The notes below the pieces were generated by a model. The model was given only the letters and a program-made list of their open reading frames with translations. It was not told where the DNA came from and made no database searches. A program made the position numbers and the translations under genes. A stretch of DNA of 64,000 nucleotides from Schmidtea polychroa (lineage: Eukaryota). Shown here piece after piece: positions 62,840 through 64,000 of the stretch. The stretch's first letter is position 1; each line of letters starts with the position of its first letter. The stretch is taken from assembly GCA_044892525.1 (NCBI GenBank), contig CM097885.1, positions 44,022,001 through 44,086,000 of the forward strand, read 5' to 3'.

Positions 62840-64000
62840 AACGTCTGATATTTATAGTGTTCGTGAAAATGAAGATGATGAAGATTACGAAGATGATGCC
62901 TTTCCAGTTCCACCTGAAATATAGACAAATGATGCAGGTGATTCAGAGGCTATGATGGATTTCAATGATGATGAAGGTGATGTTGAAGTATTTTTTGAAG
63001 ACAGCAATGAGAAAAAAACTGATGACAAATATGCTACTTCGAATGACAGTGAAGACGAACAAGTAGTATGTGACAATGTTGAGTGGTCTAAACAATCTTT
63101 ACACAAGTTTAGACTACAACGAAACATCGTCAATGAGCGTGCGAGGTGCTTAACTAAGGAAACTGAAGAGCTAACGCTTTTTAATTTGCTATTCACAGAA
63201 GAAACACGGCGGGTTATTATTCGATGTACCAACCTCGAGGCATCTGCTGTTCGACGCTCAGACCCTCAGAAGTACAATAGTCGGTACCATGCAAACTTCT
63301 CCCACAGTAAGTTCAATGCATTCCTAGCCTTCATAATTCGAGCTGGTGCTGATCGAGAAGATTTCTACGAGCCATTAGATAGCAAGCCATTTTACAGTAC
63401 CTGTATTTTCAAAAAATCGTTTGAAATTCTTTTTCAGTTGCTTGCGCTTTGACAACATCTATACGCGAAATGAGCGCATTAAGGATAGTGACAAGCTGGC
63501 AACCATTACTGATGTGTGGAAAATGTTCTTGGGTCAACTTCGACTCTTCTACATTCCTAATTCAAATATAACTGTTGATGAGCAACTTGTTGGATACAGA
63601 GGAAGAATTCCTGGTAGAACATTCATGCCTTCCAAACCTCGAAGGTATGGAGTGAAGATTTTTCTGGCATGTGAGTCACTCACTGGCTATGCACTATGTG
63701 CACACATCTACAGTGGTAGATGTAGTGATAAGCCTGATAAAGGTCCGGCAAAGACAATCACTATGAAACTCTGCGAACCATTTTATAGCACAGTATGGAA
63801 TGTCATAACTGACAACTTCTTAACCAGTCATTCTCTCGCCTGCTCTTTTCTTGAGAAAAATTTGACATTGGTTAGGACAATCCGTCATCATTGAAAAGAA
63901 GTTTCCAAGTCATTTCACAAAAACCGAAAGAAGGAATTTTTATCAAGTGAGTTTTGTTTTGACAACGCAAACAAGATCACATTGGCATCGTATGTTTCAA
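62840..64000 (+). pseudogene. piggyBac-family transposase, frameshifted, runs off the window
   Basis: Acidic N-terminus; CLRFDN, ITVDEQLVGYRGR, FMPSKPRRYGVKIF, VITDNFLTS, LTLVRTIR. Confidence 0.88.

Overview
AT-rich eukaryotic (animal) genomic DNA with very short 41-56 nt GT-AG introns and long (AAT)n tracts, consistent with a flatworm-like invertebrate, though taxonomy is not proven. Host genes are COQ5 (6 exons), eEF2 (4 coding exons) and a single-exon 7TM receptor, embedded in nested transposons: Ty3/Gypsy and BEL/Pao LTR elements, solo LTRs, hAT, piggyBac, Penelope-like elements with hammerhead ribozymes, and a decayed Maverick/Polinton-like element. Removing the hAT insertions at their 8-bp TSDs reveals two unusual retroelements. 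(1) A Gypsy-type element (14302-25053, minus) whose decayed polyprotein reads Gag - coiled coil - two ubiquitin-like domains - Bcl-2-like module - chuvirus-type envelope glycoprotein - protease - RT, so env lies between gag and pol and is in frame with the protease. (2) A BEL/Pao element (48667-55245, minus) whose LTRs carry a captured proteasome alpha-1 (PSMA6) coding fragment; in the 5' copy this frame stays open through the PBS into a complete ubiquitin domain fused to Gag. Also notable are spliceosomal introns in the Polinton-like DNA polymerase and an exact 53-bp copy of eEF2 coding sequence 1.5 kb from its source. All family assignments are by eye from motifs; no searches were run.
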